The notes beneath the pieces were generated by a model. That model had not been told where the DNA came from and made no database searches. It saw only the letters and a program-made list of their open reading frames with translations. The position numbers were made by a program, and so were the translations under genes. Positions 15,444 to 27,784 of a stretch of DNA of 41,780 bases are shown in pieces. Source of the stretch: Reclinomonas americana ATCC 50394 (Eukaryota); contig PS015017.1 of NCBI GenBank assembly GCA_048213135.1, positions 21,080 to 62,859 on the forward strand, read 5' to 3'. Positions within the stretch are counted from its first letter, which is position 1; every line of letters begins with the position of its first letter.

Positions 15444-16639
15444 CTATATCACTCGCACCTCCATCAACACACCAAATACGACAAACACGACGTAGCAGGA
15501 GACGAGGAACCAGCCGAGCCAGCGGCCAAAGCTGCTTCCTCGCTTCGCAAAGATAATGTACGCGGACGTGATGGACAGCGTACTGATTAGCGTGACAAAG
15601 GCCGGCAGCAAGCTGCGCGGCGCCGACAGTGGCACTGGCGTGGGGTACTGGCGGACGGTTTGCACGGTCAGCGCGATGCCCAGTCCCATGACCATGTTCA
15701 GCATTGGGGAGCCGAAGCAGGCACCGACGGCCATGGCCGAGAAGCCACGAGCGCTGACAATGTGATTCGAGATGGTGTCTGCGGTCGTGAGAGCAGTGTG
15801 AGTTCACACAGGGGGGAACAAGATGCAGTCTGTCTCTCAAGCGCAAAGCAAGACGCAACCACTCAGTGAGTTGCCGACGCTGAGGACGGAAACTGCGAGC
15901 ACGGCGGCACTCAGACCAATCATGAGGCCCATGGCCTGCACACATGTGAAACGCAAGTCAGTCCAATGCCACACAAAATCTGCTCTTTCAGCTCACAGAT
16001 CATCTCAGCACAGTGGGGAGATCTCTCTTGAGCCTCTCTCTTCCAAGACGACAAAATCTCATCGCCAGCTCATATCCTCTTGCCGAGCTGGCTATTGTCT
16101 CGATTGTCTCACGGTCTTCCCATCTCTTTTTCCCTCTCTCCCACTCTTGCAACCACTAACTGCCGCATGCACGCTGGTATGCTTGTTGACTCACGAGATA
16201 CACCACAGTGTGAACTCATCCTTGCTGTCTCTTCCCTTTTCTCTTATCTCTCACACACACACACACACTCTCTCTCTCTCTCTCTCTCTCTACCTCACTC
16301 TCTCTTTCCCATCTCTTGATTCTTTCTCTCTCATTCCCTATCCCACTCTTTCTTTCTCTCATCCATCCTCATGCACTCTGGTATGCTTGTTGACCCACAT
16401 GAGAACAGAACCAGCAGCGCGAACTCATCCACGCTCTCTCTCTTATCCACTAACTTCTTCAGGTGCAGTCAGACATCTAGTGTGTTTGCTTACCCAAGCG
16501 CAAGTTACACAGTGCGAACTCATCCTCGCTCTCTCTTTCTCTCTCTCTCTCTCATCCTCTGACTGTCTCTGCACTCTATCGTGCTTGTTGACCCACACGA
16601 GAACAGCACCAGAACAGCAGCAGTGCGACCTCGTCCACG

Positions 16640-16681
<42 letters not shown>

Positions 16682-16939
16682 CGTACACTACGTCCGTTCG
16701 GCCGTACACGCACGCTCGTCGTCTTTCTCTACTCTCTACGAAAACGAGAGAGACACACTAGAACGAGAAAGAGACGACAACTCACGCCTACAACANNNNN
16801 NNNNNNNNNNNNNNNCGTACCGTTAGTTACCGTAACCCTAACCGTACCGTAACCGTAACGTACGTACCTACCGTACCGTAACCGTACTACCGTACGCTAC
16901 GTACGTCGTACCGTACCGCCTACCTCCTACCACTCTCTC

Positions 16940-16973
<34 letters not shown>

Positions 16974-19900
16974 CGAACTGATTGCCTCATGCACTCCGGA
17001 ATGCTTGCTGTCTTCCCCCCTCCTCCCCCGTTTTTCTCCTCTTCTTCTCCTCTTCTCCCTTGTCCCACTCTTTCCCCCCTTTCTCTCGGCACGCAACATC
17101 AAGCAGGTTCACCACCTCGTTGGCCAGCACATACACCCAGCAAATCGAGGCGACAAAGCTGAGCAGCACAAACACCTGCCAAGCACACACACACGCAGGT
17201 GAGATCGTTGTATCACTGTCATATATATTCAGTGTCCACGCGTGTGACGCACCCAGTTCCACCGTGGCGGCGCGTCTTTCTTGGTGGTGAGGAACACCAG
17301 CAGAGAGCAACCGGCGCCGATAATGCCCGGCAGTGCCCACCCCGGCAGCGCACCAACATTCGTGTCCATGTTGTGCACGACCACAAAGAGCAAGTACGCG
17401 AAACCCTGCGTCGCCCCTCCATCAGCAACATGCAACGGTAGAACAAAACAATTGCTCGACACTCACAATCGGCGACAACACGGCAAACAGTCGCTGCCAC
17501 TTGCCGTCGTCGCTGTGCGGGCCAATGGTGCAGGAGAGCACAAAGCCAATGGGCCAGTAGATGGCCGAGAGCACTCGTCGGTACCATGGGCGCTTCGCCG
17601 CCGACGTTTCCGTCGACTCATCGCCCGTGGCTTGCGACTGCACGGTCATCGTCACCTCGGCTACTCACACAAAGCAAGTGAGTGAGTGAGTGAGTTCACA
17701 CACTTCCACCAACAGCCACGAAACTCGTGTCAAGGGTCGGCATGTCGCTGAATGGCGACGCGGCAGCAGTGGCCGCGGCAACCGACAGCCGATTGCCGCC
17801 TGGCGGTGAGCGCGCCCTTCCGCCATCGGTGATTTGCAACTCTTGCGGGGAGGTCGGGCGAGATCGCGTCCGCTGCGCCAGCGTCGGTCCATCCTCGGCC
17901 AGCACATTCGAATGCGGCGTCATTGACATGTGAGTCGCATGCGGGACACCGTCAGGTCGCCCGTCATCGTGGTACGTCGTCTGTGTCGACGGTCCACGCA
18001 TATGGAAACGAGTGACGGTGAGGTGTTGGCGTGGCGACGTGGGGCGACTGTGGCGACCACTGGGTCCAGCGCCTGCACATCAAAGGAAAGGGCATGGTTG
18101 GTACATGAAATGCGCGAGAGGGTGACTGATCACTCAATCGCACCAGCAACACTCGACGGCAGCGTCGGCAGCGACGTGGCCGACGACACAGCAGGCATGC
18201 TGGCCACCGCAGGCATGGCAGCAGCAGCAGCCGTGCCGGGCGACTGAGCGCGTGTTGGCGACTGCGGCAGCTGCGATAGTACCGGTGGTGATTGCGCACG
18301 GGATTGTATTGGTGAAGTGGGCGACTGCGGCAACGGCAGTTGCACCACATCACCCTGCACATTGACAGTGATGACGGTGGAACCGGCCTCGTGCTCCGCC
18401 AGTGCTCTCGTCCACTCGGCCTCCTCCTCTTCGTCGTCCTCGGCCTCGGCCTCCGCTTGTTCGGCGGCGGTGAGACCGACCTTGGGGTTCCAGGCTGCGA
18501 CAGAAGGGAGAGGGTGAGGGAAGGGGGGAGGGGGGGGGGGTGGGGGCAAGGGGAAGGGGAGAGAGGGAGAGGAGAGGGGGAGAGAAAGAGGGAGAGGGCG
18601 AGAGGGAGGGAGGGGGAGAGGGAGGAGAAGGGGAGGAAGGGCGGGAGGAGAAGGCGAGGGAGGGAGAGGAAGCAGAAGGAAGAGATTGGAAGAGACGTAG
18701 TGAATGCGGGAGAGGGGGGAGAGAGTGAGAAGGTGAGGAATAAGTCGTGGAGATAAGGCAAGGAACGAAGGAGAAACGGAAGGGAATGAGGGGGACGGAG
18801 AGAAAGAGGGAGAGGAAGATGAGGGAGGAGGAACGAGGAAGAGGCAGAAGTGGGAAAGGCTTGAAACAGAGAAATGCAACGAAGAGACTGCGGAGCAAGT
18901 GTGAATGAAGAAGGAGCTCCAACAAAACAACTCCTCTCGTTTCCTCCTGTCCCTCTCTCATTTCCCCAGCCTACGCACCAGCCTGAATGGCAAACATGGA
19001 TGGACTCTTTTGCAAGTGTCCCAAGAGAATTCCAGAAGGCGTCGCCGGTACGGTGCCGTGCGCCGCATCCTGTGGTATTCTCCGGTCGGGCAAGGCGCGT
19101 GGCGACAGTTTCTCTTTCAGCTCTGCAGCAGAGGTGGTGAGTGACAACGTACGGATACATCATCCACGCAGCCGACTCACCCGTATCAATAGCCGGCACC
19201 GAATCGGCAGCCTCACCCCACACCTTGGCCATTACCATTACTACGACGACATATCTGTCCGGGGAAAGGAGTAGAGAGTCAGAAACGTGCCACACCCTGT
19301 GAAAATTATTACGTGTGCGCCGACGCAACAATATGTACAAGACCAGCAAGCTGATGGCCTCTGGCAGAATAATCTCATTGTTGCTAATGATTCCAAACAC
19401 AAAGCACACGGCCAGCAGGAAGAACATGCTGTCGCGGATCATGGCGCGCTTGGTGATGAGAACGTCGAAGCGAATAATCAGCGTTCCCATGACCACGGTG
19501 GTGATGAAGAGGCCGGCGCCTGGCGACGGAGGAGAATTAGTGAGCCATCAGAGGAAACCAGAGAGGGAGAAGAAAGAAAATGGGGACTCACCAACGGGCT
19601 CGGCCACACCAACGTCCGCCATGCCACTGCAGACGCCGACGATGATGGCGGAGATGTCTGTGGGGGAAGGAGAGGGGGGAGGGGTGGAGTGAGAGGGGGA
19701 AAGGGGGAAGGGAGAGGGGGAAGGGAGAGGGGGAAGGGGGAAGGGAAGCACCACTCACCCGGTGCTCCATTTCCCAGCGCCAGCAGCGTGACACCGGCAA
19801 GATTGGCGGGCATGTGGAGCGCGTCGGCAATGTACGTCAGCGCCGGGCAGAAGAAGCGCTCCACAATGTTGGCCACCAGCCAGAAGAGGAAGACCAGCCA

Positions 19901-20614
19901 CAGGATCTGCAAGGCGGTGCACGAATGAGGCGACTGGGAAGGCTCTCTCTCTCACACACACGATCTTGCTCACCATGATGATAAACGTCAGTGCCACTCG
20001 CGTTCCACCCAGCACGCAGTACCGCAGCCGCATGTAGTTCTGCGCTCAGCACCATTAGCATCTGCATCACTCAACTCTCTCGTGTGCCTCAGCGAGTTGG
20101 AGACGCAACAATGAAGCCATTGGAGAAGGCATCGGGACAGTTGAGCTCCACCATGGCACACCGATCGGCGTCCGTGCCCGCCACCGCGTGAATGCCATCG
20201 CAGCCTTGCGAGGCACGCGTGGCCGCCGGCGCAGAGGTCTCCGTCAGCTCCTCATCTTGCACTCCGTCGGATTCAATGGGCTCCAGCGTGACAGGCTCAG
20301 CCGGCGCCGGCTTGGCCAGGATAACACTGCTGGTGTCGCCATTGTCGCTGAATGCGCCGTGCCCGAGCTCCGACCATGAGAGGATATCCGCGAGCAGTGG
20401 CTGTGGAAGGAGACAGGGATGAGATGTGAGGAGGAATGGCAAGTAGAGTGACACGTGGGGGCGTCAGTCATGTGAGAGAGGAAGGAGAAGGAAGGGAGAG
20501 CAGGGAGAAGAGAGAGTGAGAGAGAGGGGAGAGTGAGAGAAGGGAGACCACTCTTTCCGATGTGAGCGTGTGTGTGATGTATACAACTGTGTGTGTGTGT
20601 GCGTGTGTGTGTGT

Positions 20615-20697
<83 letters not shown>

Positions 20698-21412
20698 TAG
20701 TAGTGTGTCGTCTCGTCGTCGTAGTAGTACGTGTCGTGTGTGTAGTAGTAGTAGTAGTNNNNNNNNNNNNNNNNNNNNNNNNNNNNNNNNNNNNNNNNNN
20801 NNNNNNNNNNNNNNNNNNNNNNNNNNNNNNNNNNNNNNNNNNNNNNNNNNNNNNNNNNNNNNNNNNNNNNNNNNNNNNNNNNNNNNNNNNNNNNNNNNNN
20901 NNNNNNNNNNNNNNNNNNNNNNNNNNNNNNNNNNNNNNNNNNNNNNNNNNNNNNNNNNNNNNNNNNNNNNNNNNNNNNNNNNNNNNNNNNNNNNNNNNNN
21001 NNNNNNNNNNNNNNNNNNNNNNNNNNNNNNNNNNNNNNNNNNNNNNNNNNNNNNNNNNNNNNNNNNNNNNNNNNNNNNNNNNNNNNNNNNNNNNNNNNNN
21101 NNNNNNNNNNNNNNNNNNNNNNNNNNNNNNNNNNNNNNNNNNNNNNNNNNNNNNNNNNNNNNNNNNNNNNNNNNNNNNNNNNNNNNNNNNNNNNNNNNNN
21201 NNNNNNNNNNNNNNNNNNNNNNNNNNNNNNNNNNNNNNNNNNNNNNNNNNNNNNNNNNNNNNNNNNNNNNNNNNNNNNNNNAGAGAGAGAGAGGAGAAGA
21301 AGAGAGAGAGAGAGAGAGTCTACCACACTACGCGAACACACACACACCCTCCTCTGCCCAACCAACACACACTCCTCTCCTCCTCTCTCTCACACACTCT
21401 CTCTCCTCCTAC

Positions 21413-21448
<36 letters not shown>

Positions 21449-21615
21449 TCTGGTTGTCTCATTTTCGCATCTGCACTCACCGACTTCTCCTGTTGTTGTT
21501 GCTGCTCACGCTGTGCGCTGCTCTCCACACTCCCCAACACAACAACACCAACAACAGCCACCACAAGGAATATAACAACAACAAGTCGTCGACTACAAGC
21601 CCTTAATCTTGTCAT
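15444..21615 (-). CDS. Cation:Ca2+ exchanger, CCX/NCLX (SLC8B1-like) subfamily
   Basis: The alpha-1 repeat reads FFCPALTYIADALHMPANLAGVTLLALGNGAPD, followed by RDSMFFLLAV. The alpha-2 repeat reads AVLAVSVLSVGNSLSD...MAVGACFGSPMLN. An N-terminal Cys motif (GCDG...RC...NC) is present. A putative hydrophobic first exon, MTRLRACSRRLVVVIFLVVAVVGVVVLG (ATG 21615), lies upstream of a gap. Confidence 0.9.
16165..16650. repeat. Degenerate intronic repeat in the exchanger gene
   Basis: About four units of atgcac-ctggtatgcttgttgac-cac...cagtgcgaactcatcc, separated by (CT)n tracts, with a partial copy near 16988. Confidence 0.8.
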
Positions 21616-21859
21616 TTTCTGTGAAACAGAGAGGAGAGTAGCCGTTGCAAGCGTGAAATGTCGCACACGGGACACACGCTGGCCCTCTCTCACACACACG
21701 CAGGCAAGAACACAGAGAGTGCGAGAGTGTCTGTGTGTCTGTGTGTGTTGAGAGGGGCTCTGTTCGGTCTGACTCTTTGCGAAACAATGAGAAAACCAAA
21801 TAAAATTTCAGCGTGCGTCTACTGTAGATTGTATTTTGCGATTGGTTGTAGAAGGCAAC

Positions 21860-22143
21860 AACAACAACTTTGCGAATTCAAACAGCACCACAACTGCATG
21901 ATAATCGCCATCTTGAGTGAGCACGAGATAAACTGAGACAACACGGCAACACACACGCGTACGAGAGAAAATCGAAATAATTATAATGCTCGTCACGGCA
22001 ACGTTTCTGCAACAACAACGACTTTGCGAATTCAAACAGCACCGCAGCTGCACGGTGATCGCCATCTTGAGTGCACGTGAGCACCAGATAAACTGAGACA
22101 ACACGGCAACAGGCACGAGAGAAAATCGAAATTCTAATTATAA
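21860..22143. repeat. Tandem duplication (~130-nt unit, ~153-nt period) in the divergent intergenic region
   Basis: caacaacaac..ctttgcgaattcaaacagcacc..atcgccatcttgagtg..agataaactgagacaacacggcaaca..cgagagaaaatcgaaat..aattataa occurs at 21860-21986 and again at 22010-22143. Confidence 0.92.
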
Positions 22144-22317
22144 ATTCTGGTGTTCTCTCCAAGAGAATCCGCGGCTAGCGCTCTTACCACTCGTGATGCG
22201 TTGTCCAGCTCGCGGTCCGGATCCTTCTTTGCTGGACGCTCTCGCCGGAAACGCTGCGTACTGTAAACCTAACCCGCAGCGTGCTCGCGAAATCTGCGCA
22301 CAACAAAACTTCGAAGA

Positions 22318-22618
22318 ATGGTACGCACTCACGCACTCTCTCACGCACTCACAGTTGTCTTGCACACTGACACTCCCCTTTTGTCGCCACAGGGTTTGCT
22401 TGATCGTCTGCAGAAGATTGGTGAAACGCTGGATCGCACAGTGCAGGTTGAGTTCCACTCACATTGCGCTCTCTTGTCTCCTCTCTCTCTCTCTCTTCTC
22501 TGTTGTGTGTGAGTGCGTGTGTGAGAGAGAGAGAGACGCTCGCACGCACTTGTTTGTGACTCGGAGGAAAGATGCGAAGAGTGTGTCTCTGTTTGTCACA
22601 TTCGACGCAAATGATGTG

Positions 22619-22650
<32 letters not shown>

Positions 22651-24928
22651 AGCGTGCGTGTATGTGAGGGACAGAGGCGTGCACCCTCTGATTGATTGAT
22701 TCTTTGCTCACTTTGCCACCTGTCACTTGTCATCTCCGGTGCCCGACAACTCGTTCACTGTCAGAATGTCTTCCTCTCACTCCTCTCACTCCTTCTCTCT
22801 CTCTCTCTTTCCTTCTTTCTTTCATTCTCTTGTGACTCGACTCCACATTTACGAGTTCCATCTTCCTCCGAGGTCATTCTCCTCCTCTCCTCCTCTCTAT
22901 GCCCCTCTCTCTCTCTCCTTCTCATACACCCATGCTCAACGCGACCACTTGTTCAGTGACAGTTCAATCATCCTGTCATTCTTCTCGCGACGCTCATTCG
23001 TTCCCGCCACCCTCACAACAGCGCACCGTGGACAAGGTCGGCAAGAAGTTCTTTGGCCCCTCTCGTGCGGAGCTGGTGCGTACCTCCTCTGCCCCCTCCT
23101 CCCATATACTTGTTTCCTCTCACAGCTCATGGTTGGTTATCGCTCTTGATTGCTTGTCGATAGCCGGACGCGCCGCGCAAGGCCAGCTACCTGGTGAGTC
23201 CTCCGCCCCTCTTTCCGCTTCTCTCCTCCGTATTCCGTCACTCGTATCGTATGTACCCACGTGCACACACGTTGAACAGTGCATGCTCTCGATGGTCAAT
23301 CCGTAGAGGGAGACTCACTTGAAGAAGCACGCACTTTTCTCATCACGACTTGCGCGCGCTCCTCACTTTCTCGAAACACATCTTTATCGTCGTCCTCCGC
23401 ACCACATGGCACGTGAGACAGAAGAATCTTGACGTCTGCACCTCCGTCTTTCCCCGCACCATGATGCACTTGCATGGTGTTGGTGTTGTCTCGTTTCTTT
23501 CTCAGTTTCTGCTCGGTTACACTCTGTCTTCTTTCTTCACTCTCTCTCTCTCCCTCTTTTTGTTCTCTTCCTGCTGCACTGTCTCTCTCTCTCTCCCTCT
23601 TCCTCTTCGTCGTCTCTGCCTGTCTCCCTCTTGTCTCTCTCTCTCTCTCTCTGTTCAGGTTGCCTCTGCTGTTCGTTTTGTCTCTTTTCTTCCTCCTTCC
23701 CTTCGAAGCACTTGTCCTTTCATTCTCGTGGCCATCGCTTGCTTGCTTGTCGCCCTGGTCTTCTCTCCCTGTTTTACTTTTGCGCTGTCCCTCCTCTCAT
23801 TCCCTCCTGCCACTCTCTTCCCTTCTCCGTCTTCTTCCCCGATTGTGGCATTCTCACTGTCTCCCCCCTGTCCTTGTGTCGCACTGTTCTCCTTTCTCTT
23901 ACCCTCCCTTCTCTCGCCTTCTCCTTCCCCCCTCTCCCCTGTCTCCCTCACCCTTCCCCCTTTCTCTTTCCCCCTTCTCCCCTCACCCTTCTCCCTTTTC
24001 CCCTTCCCCCTCACCGCAGCTCAAGCTCAGCCGCAACCACCACCACGCCCGCGCACGCTGGGTCGAGCTCCGCGGCTCTCGCATCTACTGGTGCCGCTTC
24101 CACAACGACACCCGCCCGCATGCCTTTTTCGAGGTGCGCCTTGCCAACCCCCCCTCCCTCTTCCACTCCTCCTCACTCACTCCTCCCCCTGCGCGCAGCT
24201 CACCGACATCACCTCGATGTTCACGTACGTGTCACCGTCGCTGGCTCCGGCGCTGCGCATCAACACCCGCTCGCGCGCCTACGTGTTTGTCGACGAGACG
24301 TCGGCGCCGTGCGACATGACCAACATCAACGAGTGGCGCGACGCCATCACCGATGCCATGCTGCAGGCGGGTCTGGAGCCGCCGCCAGTGAGCGAGGCCG
24401 GACACCCGGTGGTGGCCTCGGCGCAGGTGCCGCCGGGCATGGTGCCGGCCCACGTGCACTACATTCCCGTGCCGCAGGAGGACGGCAGTGTGATTATTGT
24501 GGCGAGCCCGGTGCCGGACAACTCGCACGATGTCGTTGCGTCCCTGCTCCTGCACTTCTTCTCCCCTTCCCTCTGTCTCATCACCTCCCACACAGCCTAC
24601 CATCGACCCCACCATGGTGCCACGTCCGCGTCAGCCGTCGTCGTCATCGTCGACCACCACCACGACGACCGCCTCGTCGGGCATGACCCCGATGCCGCCG
24701 TCACCGCAGGTCGTGGCACCGCCGCCGCCTTACCCGGTGGTGTCGACCGTGCAGCGGTCGGCCGCCGCCTCGCCTGGCGTGGGCATGTTTGTGGCCCCCA
24801 CCGGCACCATCAATCCGGGCAGCACCACCACCACCACGGTGCCGAGTGCGCCGGTGGCGCGTGACCCGCTGTTCGGGCTCGGCTCCGACGACAGTGACGA
24901 GCAACATTCCGTCAGTCGTCGCGTGTAA
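22318..24928 (+). CDS. PH-domain protein with a Pro/Ser/Thr-rich tail
   Basis: Spliced product M|GLLDRLQKIGETLDRTVQ|RTVDKVGKKFFGPSRAEL|PDAPRKASYL|LKLSRNHHHARARWVELRGSRIYW...FE|LTDIT...LRINTRSRAYVF...NINEWRDAITDAM. This matches the PH pattern (K-G/S-YL-K, RW, terminal helix Trp). The stop is TAA at 24926-24928. Confidence 0.85.
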
Positions 24929-25179
24929 ATAGCCAGGGGTGCTGTTGTACATAGATCTGCGAGAGAGAAGAGATGACGCGCCGATTGCAAGAGAAAAAAG
25001 AGACATGAATACAAAAGATATGCAACCCTCACTAGCTTCTGCAAAGTAGATCCACGCTGTAGGCATTCTCCTTCCTGTCCCCTCCTTTTAATCCTGCTTC
25101 TCAGTTTTCGGCAGAAATAGAAGCCATAACCTCTGCACGTCTGTGGCTTATCTCTTCCTCCCCGCCACTCCTCCCCTCC

Positions 25180-25590
25180 TTTCAGCATTAACAAAAGCCA
25201 TTAATATTTCCATTCCGTTTATAAATCTATACAAATTATCACTCTCCTCTTCCTCCTGCTTCTCAGTCACCTCCCATTCCACTTATTAGCATCTCTGCAC
25301 ACCAGTGGCACTTTCTCTCTCCTCCACTCCTTCTGCTGCTGCTTCTCAATTTCAGCATGAACAACAGCCGTTTCCCTTTCCATTTTTATCTCTCGTCCTC
25401 TCCTCTCCTCTCCTTCCACTCCTGGTTCTCAGTCACTTCCAGTCCATTGATTAGCACCTCTGTACACAAGTGGCACTCTCTCTCCTCCACTTCCCCTGCC
25501 TCCCCTCTCCTGCTTCACAGTTTCAGCACAAAACAAAAGCCATTTCCCATTCCATTTATTATCACCTCTACACATCCATGGCATTCTCTC
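25180..25590. repeat. Degenerate tandem repeat between the convergent PH and MFS genes
   Basis: tttcagca..aacaaaagcc occurs three times and cagtcac..cc..attagca-ctctg-acac-agtggcact-tctctcctccact occurs twice, with a period of about 170 nt. Confidence 0.75.
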
Positions 25591-27306
25591 TCCCTCTCCT
25601 CCTCTCATCCCCCACCTCCCCCACCTCTTCCTCCTCCTCTTGCTTCTCCCCCCTGTCCCCCTCTGCACTCTCACTGGCGTCATTACGATTATTATTGCTG
25701 CGCTCAGTGTCCCCGGCGAATCCATCGATGCCACCATCACCATCGGCGTCGTCGTCGTAGTTGTCGTTGTCCGGGAGCTCCGTCAGAACCTGGTGCGAGT
25801 CATGCGCATGCGCGCCACCCCTACGATGCGAGGGGATCAAGTGCGGTCGTAACCGGCGGTGCAGGCACTTGAGCACCACCGCCATGACGCCGCCAAACAG
25901 CGTGATGCAGCCGCATACGACAATGCCGGTGGCGTAGGAGCCGGTGCGCGTCAGTGAGAGGCCGAGAATGCCGGGTCCGAGCCAGCCGCCGACGTTGCCA
26001 ATCGAGACGACAATGGCGGTGCCGACGGCCTTGGAGGTGCCGCCGTGCAGACTCTCCGACAACCACGCAATGGTCGGCGCCAGCATGCACCACGCCGCAC
26101 TCGACACAAACACCAGCACCACGTACTGGAAGGCCAGGCTGCCGGTGGAGATGGCCGCGCCCATCAGGAAGAAGCACACACCGGAAACGGTGGCCGGTAC
26201 CGTAATGTGCCACGCGCGCTCGTGTGTGCGATCCGAGTGGAGCGCGTTGAAGAGTGTGAAAACGAGAGCGACGGCATACACCGGCACCGTCATGAGGTTG
26301 CTGACGAGCGAGCCGAAGCCCGTCGACGCAATCAGCGTCGGCAAGAAGAAGGCCACCCCGTAAAACGGCAGCACCATGCAAAAGTAGACGAGTGCCGTCA
26401 TCCACAGATTCCAGTCCAACATCGTCTGCTTCACCTCCACGCACGAAATCGACCGATCGGCGTGACCCGTCGCGTGCCCGAGACGCGCACACGCAATGTA
26501 CCTCTCACGCTCCGTCAGCCACTTGGAGTCGGCCGGGCGATCCGGCAGCACGAACCACGTCAGGATGCCGAACAGCACCGTCACCGAACCCTCCACGAGA
26601 AAGATCCACTGCCAGCCGCGCAGGCCTCCATAGCCGTCCAACTGCAACAAAAAGTACGCCACAACGCCGCCAAACACGCCCGCCACCGTCGACGACGAGA
26701 AGAACAGGGCGATGCGCAGCGCCTGCTCCGCCGGCTTGAACCACAGCGTCAGGTAAAACACAATGCCCGGAAAGAAGCCGGCCTCCGCAATGCCCAAGAA
26801 GAGGCGCGCCACGCACAAGCCCGTCAGGTTGTTGACAAACACCATCAGTGCAGTGATGAGACCCCAGGTGAACATGATGCGGGCGTTCCACAGCGACGGG
26901 CTCGTCTTTTTCAGAATCATGTTGCTCGGCACCTCGAACAGGCAGTAGCCAATGAAGAAGACGCCGACGGCAGTGGTGTAGTCGGTGGCGGTGAGGTGCA
27001 AGTCGGCGAGCAGTGAGTCGTGTGCGTTGGAGAGGTTGACGCGGTCGAGGAAGGAGAGCATGTAGAGCACGGAGGCGTAGGGAATGATGCGGACGGTCAT
27101 TTTGTGCACGAGAAGGCGCTCTTCCTCGGCTGTCCACGGACTGAGACAGAGAAGGAGGAGTGAGGATGCAGAGTGTGAGGGTGATGCTTTCTCTCTCTGT
27201 GTGTGTGCTCACCCCTGTGCATTGCTTGCAACGTCGTCCTTGTCGGCGACTGGAGATGCAGATGATGATGATGCATGTTCCTCATCATGCAATCGTTGCG
27301 ATGGAC
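25568..27306 (-). CDS. MFS transporter, anion:cation symporter (allantoate/nicotinate/tartrate permease-like) family; start not resolved
   Basis: One long exon (27140-25568) carries RIIP..LYMLSFLDRVNL, FFIGYCLFEVPSN, RLFLGIAEAGFFPG..YLTLWF, GLRGWQWIFLVEG, LPDRP..SKWLT.RER and SIGNVGG..GP. A phase-compatible upstream exon lies at ~27306-27213. Confidence 0.93.
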
Positions 27307-27784
27307 TGTGTGCGTGTGAGAGAGAGGGTGAGCATGGACACAGGGAGAGGGGAGTGGTGCATCTCTGCAAGGCGTAACTGCGCGCTGGCCATCGCTCTGC
27401 TCAGGCGACGTTCAATGTGTGAGTGCGGGACAAGGCGACGCACGCGCGCGGCTGCATGAGTGAGGGAGGAAGGGTGGAGAGAGAGCAGTGTCTCTCTTGT
27501 GAACACTCGTATTACAGCTCAGATCATCGCTGCGCCACGATCGTGCAGGAGTTGCACACATTGATTGGCGAGGAGGAATGCATGCAATGATAGGGATGAA
27601 CAATGCAAGGAGAGGAGATGATGAGCCTGGCAGGTGAGTGCGGAAGAGATGCACACAGTGGGCGGGTGGTTCGAAAAAGGAACATCTTGCATCTTTGTTG
27701 AGTGGAGTGTTTAGTGTTTCTTTTCCATGTTTCTTCGTTCTTCATTATTAGTGGTTCTCTCTACATAAGTCCCCCTCAGGATCC

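Noticed and set aside
16723-16796. Apparent dispersed copy of 13848-13916 (aaaacgagagagacacact-gaacgagaaagagacgacaa)
   Set aside because: The second copy sits in noisy sequence at a contig end and differs by single-base insertions. It is more likely a misplaced read tail than a real mobile element.
16680-16925. cgtac/cgtaac-rich tract containing ccctaa (telomere-like or novel satellite)
   Set aside because: It flanks an N-gap and looks like low-quality pyrosequencing read-tail noise. There is only one ccctaa unit.
22150-22235. tRNA-like A-box (agtggtaagagcgc) on the minus strand
   Set aside because: There is no T-loop GTTCRA at the proper distance and no cloverleaf.
23350-24015. Long Leu/Ser/Pro-rich ORFs (also 9810-10997, 34288-35169, 1576-2868)
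   Set aside because: They are translations of CT/GA-rich introns and N-gaps, not proteins.
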